Shown here: one piece after another, positions 10,150 to 19,700 of the stretch
Position numbering within the stretch: the first letter of the stretch is position 1
Layout of the letters: every line of letters begins with the position of its first letter
Assembly (NCBI GenBank): GCA_963822965.1
Contig: CAWGJT010000005.1
Location: forward strand, 1-64,000
DNA length: 64,000 bases
Direction: 5' to 3'
Source of the DNA: an uncultured delta proteobacterium
Lineage (GTDB): Bacteria; Myxococcota_A; UBA9160; UBA4427
The notes under the pieces: generated by a model
What the model saw: only the letters and a program-made list of their open reading frames with translations
Database searches by the model: none
Told to the model about the DNA's origin: nothing
Program-made: the position numbers and the translations under genes

Positions 10150-11966
10150 ATGATGGCGGGTCTCCGCGCCCGCAAGGAGTGGCAGCTCGCGCAGGTGCTG
10201 CCGCGTGCCGACCGCGCGCTGGCCGTCGGCTGGTGGACGGTGCTGGTGCTGCGCGGCCTGCTGCCGGCGGCCTTCGCGGTGGCCATGGGCGCGCTCGTCG
10301 GCGCCGTACAGCAGGGACAGCCGTTGACCGCGCCGCTGGCCGCCATGGGCGTCGTCTTCGTGTCCATGCAGGTGCTGTCGCCGGTCCACCAGGCCCTGGG
10401 CGCCAACCTCGGCAACCGCACGGCGGCCTGGCTCTACGACGAGCTCACCCGGGCGTGCGTGAAGCCGCCGGGGGTGGGGCACCTGGAGAGCCCGAAGCTC
10501 GTCGGCGACCTCACCATGGCCCGGGACTTCGACCTCGGCATCAGCGGACCGCCCATGTCCATCTCCATGGACTTCATCGCCCGCGAGCTGGTCGAGATGG
10601 TCGGGGGCCTGGCGTCCGCCGCCGTGCTGGCCTTCTACGCGTGGTGGGCGCCGCTCGTGCTCGCGGGCGCCTGGGCGCGCCACCCACTGGCTGCTGCGCG
10701 AGAGCGGCGGTGTGGCGCGACCGCGAGACCGACGAGGTGCGAGAGGCCCAGCGCCACGCCGAGTACGCGTACCGGCTGGCGGTCGATCCGCCGGCCGCCA
10801 AGGAGCTGCGCCTCTTCGGCCTGGCGGACTGGACGATCGAGCGGCTTCCGCGAGCGCCGCCGCCGGCTCTTCGACCTGCGCTGGCACGCGACGCGCCTGC
10901 GCGAGCGGCCGGTGCGTCTGGAGCCTGCTGCTGGTGCTGGCGGCGAACGGGCTCGTCTTCTGCGTCGCTCGGGCTCGCCGCGGCCGACGGCAGCCTGCCC
11001 CTCGACCGGCTCGTCACCTTCGCGAGCGCCGCCATCGGCACCAGCATGATCGCGTTCGGCGGGCTCTCGCTGGGCGCTCGACGGCGCGGCCGCGCCGGCG
11101 GCCGCGGTGCTGCGCCTGGAAGACGCGATGGAGCCCGCCGGCGGCGCTCGGTGCGGGGCGACGCCCCGGCGGCGGGCATGCCGGCCCGGGAGATCCGCTT
11201 CCGCGACGTCTCCTTCGCCTACCCCGCCGCGCCCGCCGACCCCGTGCTCGAGGGCTTCGACCTCGACGATCCCCGCCGGCAGCTCGCTGGCCATCGTCGG
11301 CCAGAACGGCGCCGGCAAGACCACGCTCGCCAAGCTCCTGTGCCGGCTCTACGACCCGCAGGCGGGGCCATCCTGGTGGACGGCGTCGACCTGCGCGCCC
11401 TCGACGTCGAGAGCTGGCGCACGCGGGTGACCGCGGTCTTCCAGGACTTCATCCGCTTCGAGCTGCCGCTGCGCGACAACGTGGCGCCCGGCGGCGCCCC
11501 CGACGACGTCGTCCTCGCCGCCCTGGAAGAGGCGGGCGCCGCCGGCCTCGCCGACCTCGACACGGTGCTGGCCCGCGGCTACCCGGGCGGGCGCGACCTC
11601 TCGGGCGGCCAGTGGCAGCGCATCGCCCTGGCGCGGGCCCTGTGCGCGGTGCGCATGGGCGCGGGGCTGGTGCTGCTCGACGAGCCCACCGCCCAGCTCG
11701 ACGTGCGCGGCGAGGCGGAGATCTTCCGCCGCATCCTGGCCGCCACCCGCGACGTCACCACCATCCTCATCTCGCACCGCTTCTCGACCGTGCGCCACGC
11801 CGACCGCATCTGCGTGCTCGAGCACGGCCGCGTCGTCGAGCTGGGCTCGCACGACGAGCTGATGGCCCGGGGCGGGCGCTACCGCACCATGTTCGAGCTG
11901 CAGGCGTCGCGCTTCGGCGACGAGGCGCCCGAGGCGGAAGGAGAGGCGCTCGATGTCCTCGACTGA
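10150..11966 (+). CDS. ABC exporter subunit 1 (TMD+NBD), multiple frameshifts
   Basis: GQNGAGKTT, LSGGQWQRIALARA, LLDEPTA, ISHRFSTVR; N-terminal TM helices. Confidence 0.88.
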
Positions 11967-13749
11967 GGCCGTCCCCGCTGCCCCGCGGCCGCTGCCCGCC
12001 ATGTGGCGCGCGCTGAAGCGCGGCTATCGGGCCGAGCCGTGGCTCATCTCGGTGTCGTTCGGGCTCGTCGCTGCTGGCGGCCCTGCCCGACGCGCTGATC
12101 GCCCTGTGGCTCAAGCTGCTGGCCGACGGGGTCGGCGCCGCGAACGGCCGGCTCGTGCTCACGGCCTCCCTCGGCCTCGGCGCCTCGGCGGTGGCCACCT
12201 GGTTCCTCTAGCTCGTGAGCGACCGCACCCAGCGGCGCTTCCGCGACCGGGTGACCATCGCCCTCGAGTCCCACGTGGCCGGCCTGCAGGCCTCGGTCGC
12301 CACCATCGAGCACCACGAGCGGCCCGAGTACCTCGACCGCCTGGCGGTGCTGCGCGACCAGGTGTTCGTGCTCGACCACATGTACATGTCGCTCTTCACC
12401 ACCTGCGGCTGGGTGCTGCGCCTCGGCGTCACCCTGGTGCTGCTGGTGTCACGTGCACCCCGCCCTGGCGCTGCTGGCGGTCTTCGCCCTGCCCACGGTG
12501 CTCACCTCCACCTGGCGGCCGGGGGTCGAGCGGGCCGCCGAGGAGCGCGGCGCGCCCGCCCAGCGTCTGGCGCGGCACCTCTTCGACACCGCCACCACCG
12601 CCGCGCCCGGCAAGGAGGTGCGGGTCACCGGCATCGGTCCGCGCCTGGTGGCGGAGCGGCGCGCGGCCTGGGAGCGCTGGTACGGCCCGGTGGCCGCCGC
12701 GCGCACGGGCAGCGCCGTCTGGCACGGCCTGGGCTGGGCGCTCTTCGGCGCGTGCCTACGTGGCGGCGGTGGTGTTCGTGTCCTGCGGGCCTGCGCGCCT
12801 CGCCGGGCGACGTGCTGCTGGTGCTCGCCGCCGGCGCGCGCCTCTCGGCCTACATCGGCGCCACCGTCGGCGAGATCGGCTTCCTGCGCGGCATCTGGCT
12901 CGACGGCTCGCAGCGCATGGCCTGGCTCGAGGACTACGCGGCCTCGCTGGCCGCGGGCGCCGACGCACCCGCCCCGGCGCACCTGCGGAAGGGCATCCGC
13001 TTCGAGCACGTCTCGTTCGCCTATCCCGGCACCGACCGCCTCGTGCTCGAGGACGTGGACCTCGAGCTGCCGGCCGGGCAGCGTGGTGGCCATCGTCGGC
13101 GAGAACGGCGCCGGCAAGACGACGCTGGTGAAGCTGCTGTGCCGGCTCTACGCGCCGACCGACGGGCCGCATCACCGTGGACGAGGTGGACCTCGCGCGC
13201 ATCGCCCCCGAGGCGTGGCGCGCCCGGCTGGCCGGCGCCTTCCAGGACTTCTTCCGCTTCGAGCTGCTCGCCAGGCACAGCGTCGGGCGTGGGCGACCTG
13301 CCGCGCCTCGACGACGTCGCGGCGGTGGCGGCCGCGGTGGAGCACGCCGGCGCCGAGCGACGTGGTGGCGCAGCTGGCCGCCGGCCTCGACACCCAGCTC
13401 GGCGCCAGCTGGCCCGAGGGCGTCGACCTCAGCTTCGGCCAGTGGCAGAAGCTGGCGCTCGCCCGCGGCTTCATGCGCGACGAGCCCCTCGTGCATCGTG
13501 CTCGACGAGCCCACCGCCGCCCTCGACGCCGAGACCGAGCACGCCCTCTTCGAGCGCTACGCCCAGGCCGCCCGGGGCGACCGCATCACGATCCTCGTCT
13601 CCCACCGCTTCAGCACCGTGCGCATGGCCGACCACATCGTCGTCCTGGACGGCGCCCGGGTGGTCGAGCAGGGCTCCCACGAAGAGCTGATGGCCCGGGG
13701 CGGGCAGTACGCCGAGCTGTACGGCATCCAGGCCGCGGCGTATCGGTGA
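11953..13749 (+). CDS. ABC exporter subunit 2 (TMD+NBD), frameshifts and an in-frame TAG at 12209
   Basis: GENGAGKTT, degenerate signature LSFGQWQKLALARG, LDEPTAALD, VSHRFSTVR; overlaps subunit 1. Confidence 0.85.
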
Positions 13750-14933
13750 GCAGCCACCGGCCCCGTGCGATGTCCAGACTTCCCAGCTCTTCGCTACTCG
13801 CCGCGAGCCTCTCACTTCTCGCCTACGGGCTCTTCGTGTGGGTGCGGCTGGCGGCGTTCGGGTACGACCCGACGGCGTTCGTGGTGGCGAGCGAGGTCTT
13901 CGTCGATGCGGAGGCGGCGCCGGCCGGGCTCCGGGTGCTGCACGGCTCGAGCGGCTACGACGGCCAGTTCTTCTACCGGCTGGCGCTGGACCCGTTCTCC
14001 TCCGAGGTCACGGACTTCGGCATCCGGCTGGACGCACCGGCCTACCGGCAGCAGCGCATCGGGTACCCGCTGCTGGCCTGGCTGCTCTCGGGCGGCAGCC
14101 CGCGCGCGGCCGCCGTGGCGCTCATCGCGCTGAACGCGCTGGCGCTGGGCGCCATCGGCTGGCTGGGCGGCGAGCTGGCCCGAGCGTCCGGACGTCACGC
14201 GCTGTGGGGGCTCGTGCTCGCGTTCTACCCCGGCTTCGTGCTGAGCCTCGCCCGCGACCTGTCGGAGATCACGGCCGCGACCGGGCTGTTGGGCGGCGTG
14301 CTGCTGGCGTACCGCGGTCGCTTCGGCGCTGCCGCCCTGGCCATGACGGCGGCGGCCCTGTGTCGGGAGACCGTGCTCGTCGTTCCCGCTGCGTTCCTGG
14401 CCGTCTCCTGGCTCGGCGCGCGCGGGCGCGGCGTGCCGGCGCCGAGGCAGGCGACGGTCTTCCTGCTTCCGCTGCTCGTCTTCGTCGCGTGGCAGCTCGT
14501 GCTGCTGGTCCGCTGGCACGAAGCCGCCCGACAGGGCCTCGCCGTGGTCGGGCTTCCCGGCATGGGGATCGCGCACTTCCTGCAGGCCAACTGGCCGCCG
14601 GCGACGAGACACCAGCTCGGCTGGCTGCTGCAGCTGGGCTTCGTCGTGGCGACCGCGCTGCTGGCGTCGCGGTCGCTCGTGCACCGGCGCGGCGGCGTGC
14701 CGGCTCCCGTCATGCTGGCGTGGGCGATCTACCTCCTGCTGGTGGTGTCCTTGTCGGACCGCGTCTGGGTCGAGGACTTCGGCTTCCTGCGCGCCTACAC
14801 CGAGTGCTACCTCGCGGGCGCCCTGCTCTGCCTCGACGCGCGCTGGCCCGGCCCGGGCCTGCCTCTGGCCGGCGGCGCCACCGTGGCGGGCGCCTGGCTG
14901 CTGGCCGCGGCTCAGCACGCCTTCTCTGCCTGA
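13746..14933 (+). CDS. Polytopic GT-C-like membrane protein (AZOBR_p60025-like cell-surface glycopolymer family)
   Basis: GYDGQFFYRLALDPF...AYRQQRIGYPLLAWLLS motif; about 10 TM helices; GTGA overlap with the ABC stop. Confidence 0.7.
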   Translation: MSSHRPRAMSRLPSSSLLAASLSLLAYGLFVWVRLAAFGYDPTAFVVASEVFVDAEAAPAGLRVLHGSSGYDGQFFYRLALDPFSSEVTDFGIRLDAPAYRQQRIGYPLLAWLLSGGSPRAAAVALIALNALALGAIGWLGGELARASGRHALWGLVLAFYPGFVLSLARDLSEITAATGLLGGVLLAYRGRFGAAALAMTAAALCRETVLVVPAAFLAVSWLGARGRGVPAPRQATVFLLPLLVFVAWQLVLLVRWHEAARQGLAVVGLPGMGIAHFLQANWPPATRHQLGWLLQLGFVVATALLASRSLVHRRGGVPAPVMLAWAIYLLLVVSLSDRVWVEDFGFLRAYTECYLAGALLCLDARWPGPGLPLAGGATVAGAWLLAAAQHAFSA

Positions 14934-14965
14934 CGTCGTCCGGGACCGCCTCCCGACGCGCGCCG

Positions 14966-15004
14966 TTGACGGCCCCGGACCCCTGCAGAAGAATCGCCCG
15001 CATG
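14966..15004 (+). promoter_or_regulatory. Putative sigma70 promoter for a leaderless transcript
   Basis: TTGACG-17bp-AAGAAT, then ATG 7 nt later with no RBS. Confidence 0.5.
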
Positions 15005-15455
15005 GGGCGTATTCCCTCCTCGCCTCCGTTGCCGCCCGGCGGCGCCCGACGACGATCGGCCCGGCGCTGGCGTTCGCGCTGACGGTCGCCCTCGCGCTGG
15101 TCGTGGCGGGGGCCGCGGCTGTGCGCTGCTGGTTCCCTCGTCGTGGCGCGGCGCGGGCGACGATTCCGCTGGCCGGGCCCATCCCCGGCGGGCGCGGCGA
15201 ACGCCGGCGGCGGGAGCCGTGCCGGACGATCCGGCGAGCCTCCCGACGGCGAGCTTCGCGAAGCTCGTGGCGGCGGATCACGACCGGCTGGTCGGAGCTG
15301 GCGAGCAGCGAGGGCGGCAGCCCGAACGCGAGCCCGGCGGGCGAGGCGGAGATGCGGGCCATCGCGCTGCGTCTGCCGGCGCTGCAGCGCGAGCTCGAAT
15401 CGCGCGGCGGGCGCGGGCGAAGGGCTCCCGCATCCGCCACCCGGTCATCCGATGA
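15002..15455 (+). CDS. Small membrane-anchored hypothetical protein (frameshifted), coupled to cofD
   Basis: TM ALAFALTVALALVVAG; helical C-terminus EMRAIALRLPALQRELESR; TGA overlaps the cofD ATG. Confidence 0.45.
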
Positions 15456-16458
15456 GCGCGGCTTCGGCGGCGGGGCCGATCGTCGCGCTGGCGGGCGGCG
15501 TGGGCGCGGCGCGCTTCCTGCGCGGGCTCGTGCAGGCGGCGCCGCCCGAGGAGATCGTCGCCGTCGTGAACACCGGCGACGACCGGCGCTTCTACGGCGT
15601 GCACGTCTCGCCCGACCTCGACATCGTCACCTATACGCTCGCCGGTGTCGTCGACCTCGAGAAGGGCTACGGGCTCAGCGGGCGACACCACGCTGCTGGT
15701 GGATCGCCTGGGCGAGCTGGGGCACGAGAGCTGGTTCCGCCTGGGCGATCGCGACTACGCGAACTGCCTGCACCGCACCCTGGCGATGGCCGGCGGGCGC
15801 GACGCTCGCCGAGACCGCGGACGAGCTGCGCCGCCACTACCGGGTGCCGGTGCGCATCCTGCCCATGTCGAACGACCCCTGCCCCACCCTGGTCGAGCTG
15901 TCGGGCGGCCGGAAGCTCCACTTCGAGGAGTACATGGTGCGCGACGGCGCGCCCTCGGACGTCGAGGCGGTGGACCTCTCCGCCGCCCGGCGCGCCCGGC
16001 CGGCGCCGGGGGTGCTCGAGGCGATCCGCGGCGCGCGCGCGATCGTCGTCTGCCCCAGCAACCCGGTCGTCTCGATCGGGCCGATCCTGGCGGTGCCGGG
16101 CGTGCGCGACGCGATCGCCGCGTCCCGCGCGCCGGTCGTGGGCGTCTCGCCCATCGTGGGCGGCGCGCCGGTGAAGGGCCCGGCCGCGCAGCTGCTGCGC
16201 GGCGTGGGCTGCGAGGTGTCGGCGCGCGGGCGTGGCGCGGCTCTACGCTCGTTCGCTCGACGGCTTCGTGATCGACCTGCGCGACGCCGACCAGGTGGAG
16301 GAGATCCGCGCCCTGGGCCTCGCGTGCCGCGCCGTCGACAGCCTGATGGTGAGCCCGAAGGTCGCGAAGGCCCTGGCCGGTCCGCGGTGCTCGAGGTCGC
16401 CTCCACGGTGCTCGAAGTCGCCGCCGCGGTGCGCGAGCCGGCCGGGTCCACGCGGTGA
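15452..16458 (+). CDS. cofD: 2-phospho-L-lactate transferase CofD/FbiA (frameshifted)
   Basis: LAGGVGAARFLRGL, VVNTGDD, SPDLDIVTYTLAG, WFRLGDRD, HFEEY, CPSNPVVSIGPIL, VSPIVGGAPVKGPA. Confidence 0.93.
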
Positions 16459-17174
16459 CGGTCGCCCTCGTCCCCGTGAAGCGCCTGGCCGACACCAAGT
16501 CGCGGCTGCTGGCGCATCTCGATCGCGAGCTCTCGCGCCGACGAGCGCGAGGCGCTCACCCTGGCCATGCTGCGCGACGTGCTGCGGGCGCTCGCCGGGG
16601 CTGCGAGCGTGGATCGCACGGTGGTGGTCGACGCCGGACGAGAGCGTGGCGGCGGTCTCCCGGGAGGTCCGGTGCCGAGGCCCTCGTGCGCGACGATCCG
16701 GGGCTCAACGCCGCCCTCGACGCCGCGGCGACCCGGGTGGGGATCGCCCCCGACGAGCCGCTGCTGGTGGTGCTGGGAGACGTGGCCGGCGCCGTCGCTG
16801 CGGACGTGGACGCCCTGAGCCTCGCCCTCGAGACCTGGGCGGACGCGGCGCCGTGCTGGCGCCCTCGAGCGACGGCGGCACCTCCGCGCTGCTGCGCGCG
16901 CCGGGCGACGCCGTGCCCTCGTGCTTCGGCCGCGACAGCGCGAAGCGACACCGGGAGGCGGCGGCCGTCCGCGGCGTCCCGTGGCGCGAGCTTCCGCTTC
17001 CTTCCCTGGCGCTGGACCTCGACCTGCCCGAGGACGTCGACCGCTTCCTGCGCGCCGGCGACGCGAGCGAGGGCGGCCGCGAGACCCGCCGGGTGCTGGA
17101 GCGGATCGGCTGGCGGGGCGCTCCGCTCCACCAGGCCCCGCGCCGGACAGAGCAAGGACGGAAGGCACTCGTGA
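16455..17174 (+). CDS. cofC: 2-phospho-L-lactate/PEP guanylyltransferase CofC/FbiD (frameshifted)
   Basis: ALVPVKRLADTKSRL, AMLRDVL, GLNAAL, DGGTSALL, FGRDSAKRH, LALDLDLPED. Confidence 0.9.
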   Translation: MTVALVPVKRLADTKSRLLAHLDRELSRRRARGAHPGHAARRAAGARRGCERGSHGGGRRRTRAWRRSPGRSGAEALVRDDPGLNAALDAAATRVGIAPDEPLLVVLGDVAGAVAADVDALSLALETWADAAPCWRPRATAAPPRCCARRATPCPRASAATARSDTGRRRPSAASRGASFRFLPWRWTSTCPRTSTASCAPATRARAAARPAGCWSGSAGGALRSTRPRAGQSKDGRHS

Positions 17175-17926
17175 GCACGGCCCATCCGATCTACCTGCTT
17201 CCGCTGAACGGCATCCCGGCGGTGTCCGCCGGCGACGACCTGGCCCGCCTGATCTTGGAGGCGGCCGCACGGGAAGGGGTGAAGCTCGAGAACGGCGTGC
17301 TGGTGGTGTGCCAGAAGGTGGTCTCCAAGGCGGAAGGTCGCACCGTCGCCCTGGCCGAGGTGGAGCCCTCGGAGGAGGCGCGCCGCATCGCCGCCGAGGA
17401 CGACAAGGACCCGCGCCACGTGGAGGTGGTGCTGCGCGAGACGGTGCGCATCGTGCGCCGGGGCCACCGCGTGATGATCTGCGAGACGAAGCACGGCTTC
17501 GTGTGCGCGAACGCCGGGGTCGACCTCTCCAACAGCCCGGGCGAGGACGTAGCGGTGCTGCTGCCCGTCGATCCCGATGCGTCCGCGGCCCGGCTTCGCG
17601 CGGACCTGCTGGCCACGGGCGCCCGCAACGTCGCGGTCGTCGTGAGCGACACCTTCGGGCGTCCCTGGCGCGAGGGCCTCGTGGACGTGGCCCTCGGCAG
17701 CGCCGGCATCGAGCCCATCCACGACTACCGGGGCAGCCTCGATCTCGCGGGACGCGAGCTGGTGGTCACCACCACGGCCACCTGCGATCAGCTGGCGGCG
17801 GCGGCCGGGCTCCTGATGGGGAAGGACGCCGGGGTGCCGGCGGTCTGGATCGAAGGCGTGCGCCCGCACGGAGACGGTCGCGTGGCTGACACGCTGCGAG
17901 ACCCGCAGTCGGATCTCTTCCGCTGA
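17171..17926 (+). CDS. cofE: Coenzyme F420-0:L-glutamate ligase CofE (no C-terminal nitroreductase domain)
   Basis: GIPAVSAGDDLA, QKVVSKAEG, GFVCANAGVDLSN, LLPVDPDASA, SDTFGRPWREG, DLFR. Confidence 0.95.
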   Translation: MSTAHPIYLLPLNGIPAVSAGDDLARLILEAAAREGVKLENGVLVVCQKVVSKAEGRTVALAEVEPSEEARRIAAEDDKDPRHVEVVLRETVRIVRRGHRVMICETKHGFVCANAGVDLSNSPGEDVAVLLPVDPDASAARLRADLLATGARNVAVVVSDTFGRPWREGLVDVALGSAGIEPIHDYRGSLDLAGRELVVTTTATCDQLAAAAGLLMGKDAGVPAVWIEGVRPHGDGRVADTLRDPQSDLFR

Positions 17927-17981
17927 GCCGGCAAGGCCGGCTCGCGCCGCCGGCCCCCGCTGAGCCGGCAAGGCCGACTCG
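17921..17981. repeat. Two 24-bp direct repeats, each a hairpin (GAGCCGGC-AAG-GCCGRCTC); likely terminator/REP-like
   Basis: cgctgagccggcaaggccggctcg 17921-17944 and cgctgagccggcaaggccgactcg 17958-17981. Confidence 0.8.
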
Positions 17982-18001
17982 GACGGGCGCGGGTGGTCTC
18001 G

Positions 18002-18298
18002 TCAGCGGATGCTCTCGAGGAGGCGGATGTAGCCTTCGTCCTCGTCGAGCACCCGCAGGCCGAAGCCGCACCGGTTGGAGCGTCCGACGGGCGCGGTCCA
18101 CCAGACGAGGCCGTTGACCTCGACAGCGGCCTTGCCCGGCGCAGTGATCTTCACCGCCGCAGGCATGCCTTCCTCGGGAATCGCCAGGGTTCCGACGAAG
18201 AGCCCGCCGGGGCTCACGTTGCGCACCTCGCCCCGGCCCGATACGTCGCCGGCCCGGAACTCGGCAGGGATCTTGGTTCGAGTTCGTTGTTCAGCCAT
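18002..18298 (-). CDS. Stand-alone PilZ domain protein
   Basis: QRTRTKI..., NVSPGGLFV (D/NxSxxG), VNGLVWW, GFGLRV. Confidence 0.8.
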   Translation of the reverse strand: MAEQRTRTKIPAEFRAGDVSGRGEVRNVSPGGLFVGTLAIPEEGMPAAVKITAPGKAAVEVNGLVWWTAPVGRSNRCGFGLRVLDEDEGYIRLLESIR

Positions 18299-18359
18299 GC
18301 TCCCCTGCTCGGGAGACCGGCGAGCGGGCAACGTGACGCGAGTCACCCGCCGCACAGCC

Positions 18360-18448
18360 TTCCCGGCTTCGGCCGCGCAGCCGTGCATCAGCCGCGCAGC
18401 ATTCCCGGCTTCGGCCGCGCAGCCGTGCATCAGCCGCGCAGCATTCCC
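18360..18448. repeat. 42-bp tandem duplication
   Basis: ttcccggcttcggccgcgcagccgtgcatcagccgcgcagca at 18360 and 18402; contains the methyltransferase stop codon. Confidence 0.9.
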
Positions 18449-19101
18449 GTCATGAGCAGGTGGGTCGGGGCCAGCACGTAGCGATGGCCGGCGAGCCAGC
18501 GCAGCAGGCCCAGGCGCGCCATTGCGCGGAGGGTGCCCGCCGCCAGGCCGCGCACGGGGTGACCGCGACGGCGCCAGCTCCCGAAGCTGAACGGGATGCG
18601 GCCCATCTCGGCGTCGACCGGCAGCGTGTGCCGGTCGCGCTCGGTCGCCAGCACCGTGTCCTCGGCGGCGAAGGCGAGACCCGGGAACAGCTGCTTCACC
18701 CCCTCGTGGGTGAAGCGCCAGTAGTCGGACGGGTAGCCGTGGAACTTCCACGCGAAGGGGACACCGACGCAGACGTGGCCGCCGGACGCCAGCAGGCGGG
18801 TGAGGTTCGCCGCCATCTCGAACGGCTGCCTGCAGTGCTCGAGCACGCTCAGGCAGAAGACCGTCCCGAAGCGGCGGCCCGCGAGCGCCGCGTCCACCGC
18901 CTCGAAGGGCGCGGCCAGATCGAGCGCCAGGTCCACCCCGGGTCCGGGCTGCAGGTCCACCCCCAGCCAGTCGCCCCGCGGCGCGAAGAGCTCGCGCAGC
19001 TGCTGGCTCGAGCCGTGGTCGTGGGAGCCCACCTCGAGGTAGGGCGGCGCGAAACGCGCGGCGCGCGCCTCCACGTAGAGCCGCTGGTTGAGGTCGCCCA
19101 T
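18430..19101 (-). CDS. Class I SAM-dependent methyltransferase
   Basis: YLEVGS, WLGVDLQPGPGVD, CLSVLEHC, HGYPSDYWRFT. Confidence 0.85.
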   Translation of the reverse strand: MGDLNQRLYVEARAARFAPPYLEVGSHDHGSSQQLRELFAPRGDWLGVDLQPGPGVDLALDLAAPFEAVDAALAGRRFGTVFCLSVLEHCRQPFEMAANLTRLLASGGHVCVGVPFAWKFHGYPSDYWRFTHEGVKQLFPGLAFAAEDTVLATERDRHTLPVDAEMGRIPFSFGSWRRRGHPVRGLAAGTLRAMARLGLLRWLAGHRYVLAPTHLLMTGMLRG

Positions 19102-19700
19102 CAGCCTGGCTCTTCGATCCGCGCCAGGATCGCGCGCCACAGCTCGTCCAGCCCCAGGCGGCTCTGGGACGAAGTGGCCAGCAGCCGGGGCCCCTCGCGG
19201 TCCAGCTGGGCGGCCAGCTCGGCCAGGCGCTGCTTGCGCCGCATGGGCTTCAGCTTGTCGGCCTTGGTGACGACCACCTGCCACGGAACCCCGCGCTCCT
19301 CCAGCCAGTCGAGCAGCAGGGTCTCGTCCGCCGAGACGTCTCGGCGCACGTCCTGCAGCAGGACGGCGAGGCGCAGGGGCGGGCGCGCGCCCAGGTAGCC
19401 CTCGACGAGCTGTCCCCAGCTCGCGCGCTCCTTGCGGGACACCCGGGCCCAGCCGTAGCCGGGCAGGTCGACGAGCAGCAGCTCGCGATCCCCGGCCCGC
19501 ACGCGGAAGAAATGGATGAGCCGGGTCTTGCCGGGCGTCGAGCTCGTGCGCGCCAGCTGCTTCCGCCCCACCAGGGCGTTCAGCAGGCTCGACTTGCCGA
19601 CGTTGGAGCGCCCGAGGAAGGCCACCTCCGGCAGGCCCTCGCTCGGGAACTGCCGAGCGCCGGCGCAGGACGCTTGCAGCTCGGCGAGGTGGATCTTCAC
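19101..19700 (-). CDS. engB: Ribosome biogenesis GTPase EngB/YihA/YsxC
   Basis: PEVAFLGRSNVGKSSLLN, TSSTPGKT, VDLPGYG, TKADK. Confidence 0.95.
   Translation of the reverse strand: MKIHLAELQASCAGARQFPSEGLPEVAFLGRSNVGKSSLLNALVGRKQLARTSSTPGKTRLIHFFRVRAGDRELLLVDLPGYGWARVSRKERASWGQLVEGYLGARPPLRLAVLLQDVRRDVSADETLLLDWLEERGVPWQVVVTKADKLKPMRRKQRLAELAAQLDREGPRLLATSSQSRLGLDELWRAILARIEEPG

Noticed and set aside
12209..12211. In-frame TAG as recoding (pyrrolysine or readthrough)
   Set aside because: Single instance in an error-dense region; TAG is used as a normal stop elsewhere; no pyl genes seen
17921..18448. Short repeats as a possible mini-CRISPR
   Set aside because: Only two copies each, no proper unique spacers, no cas genes
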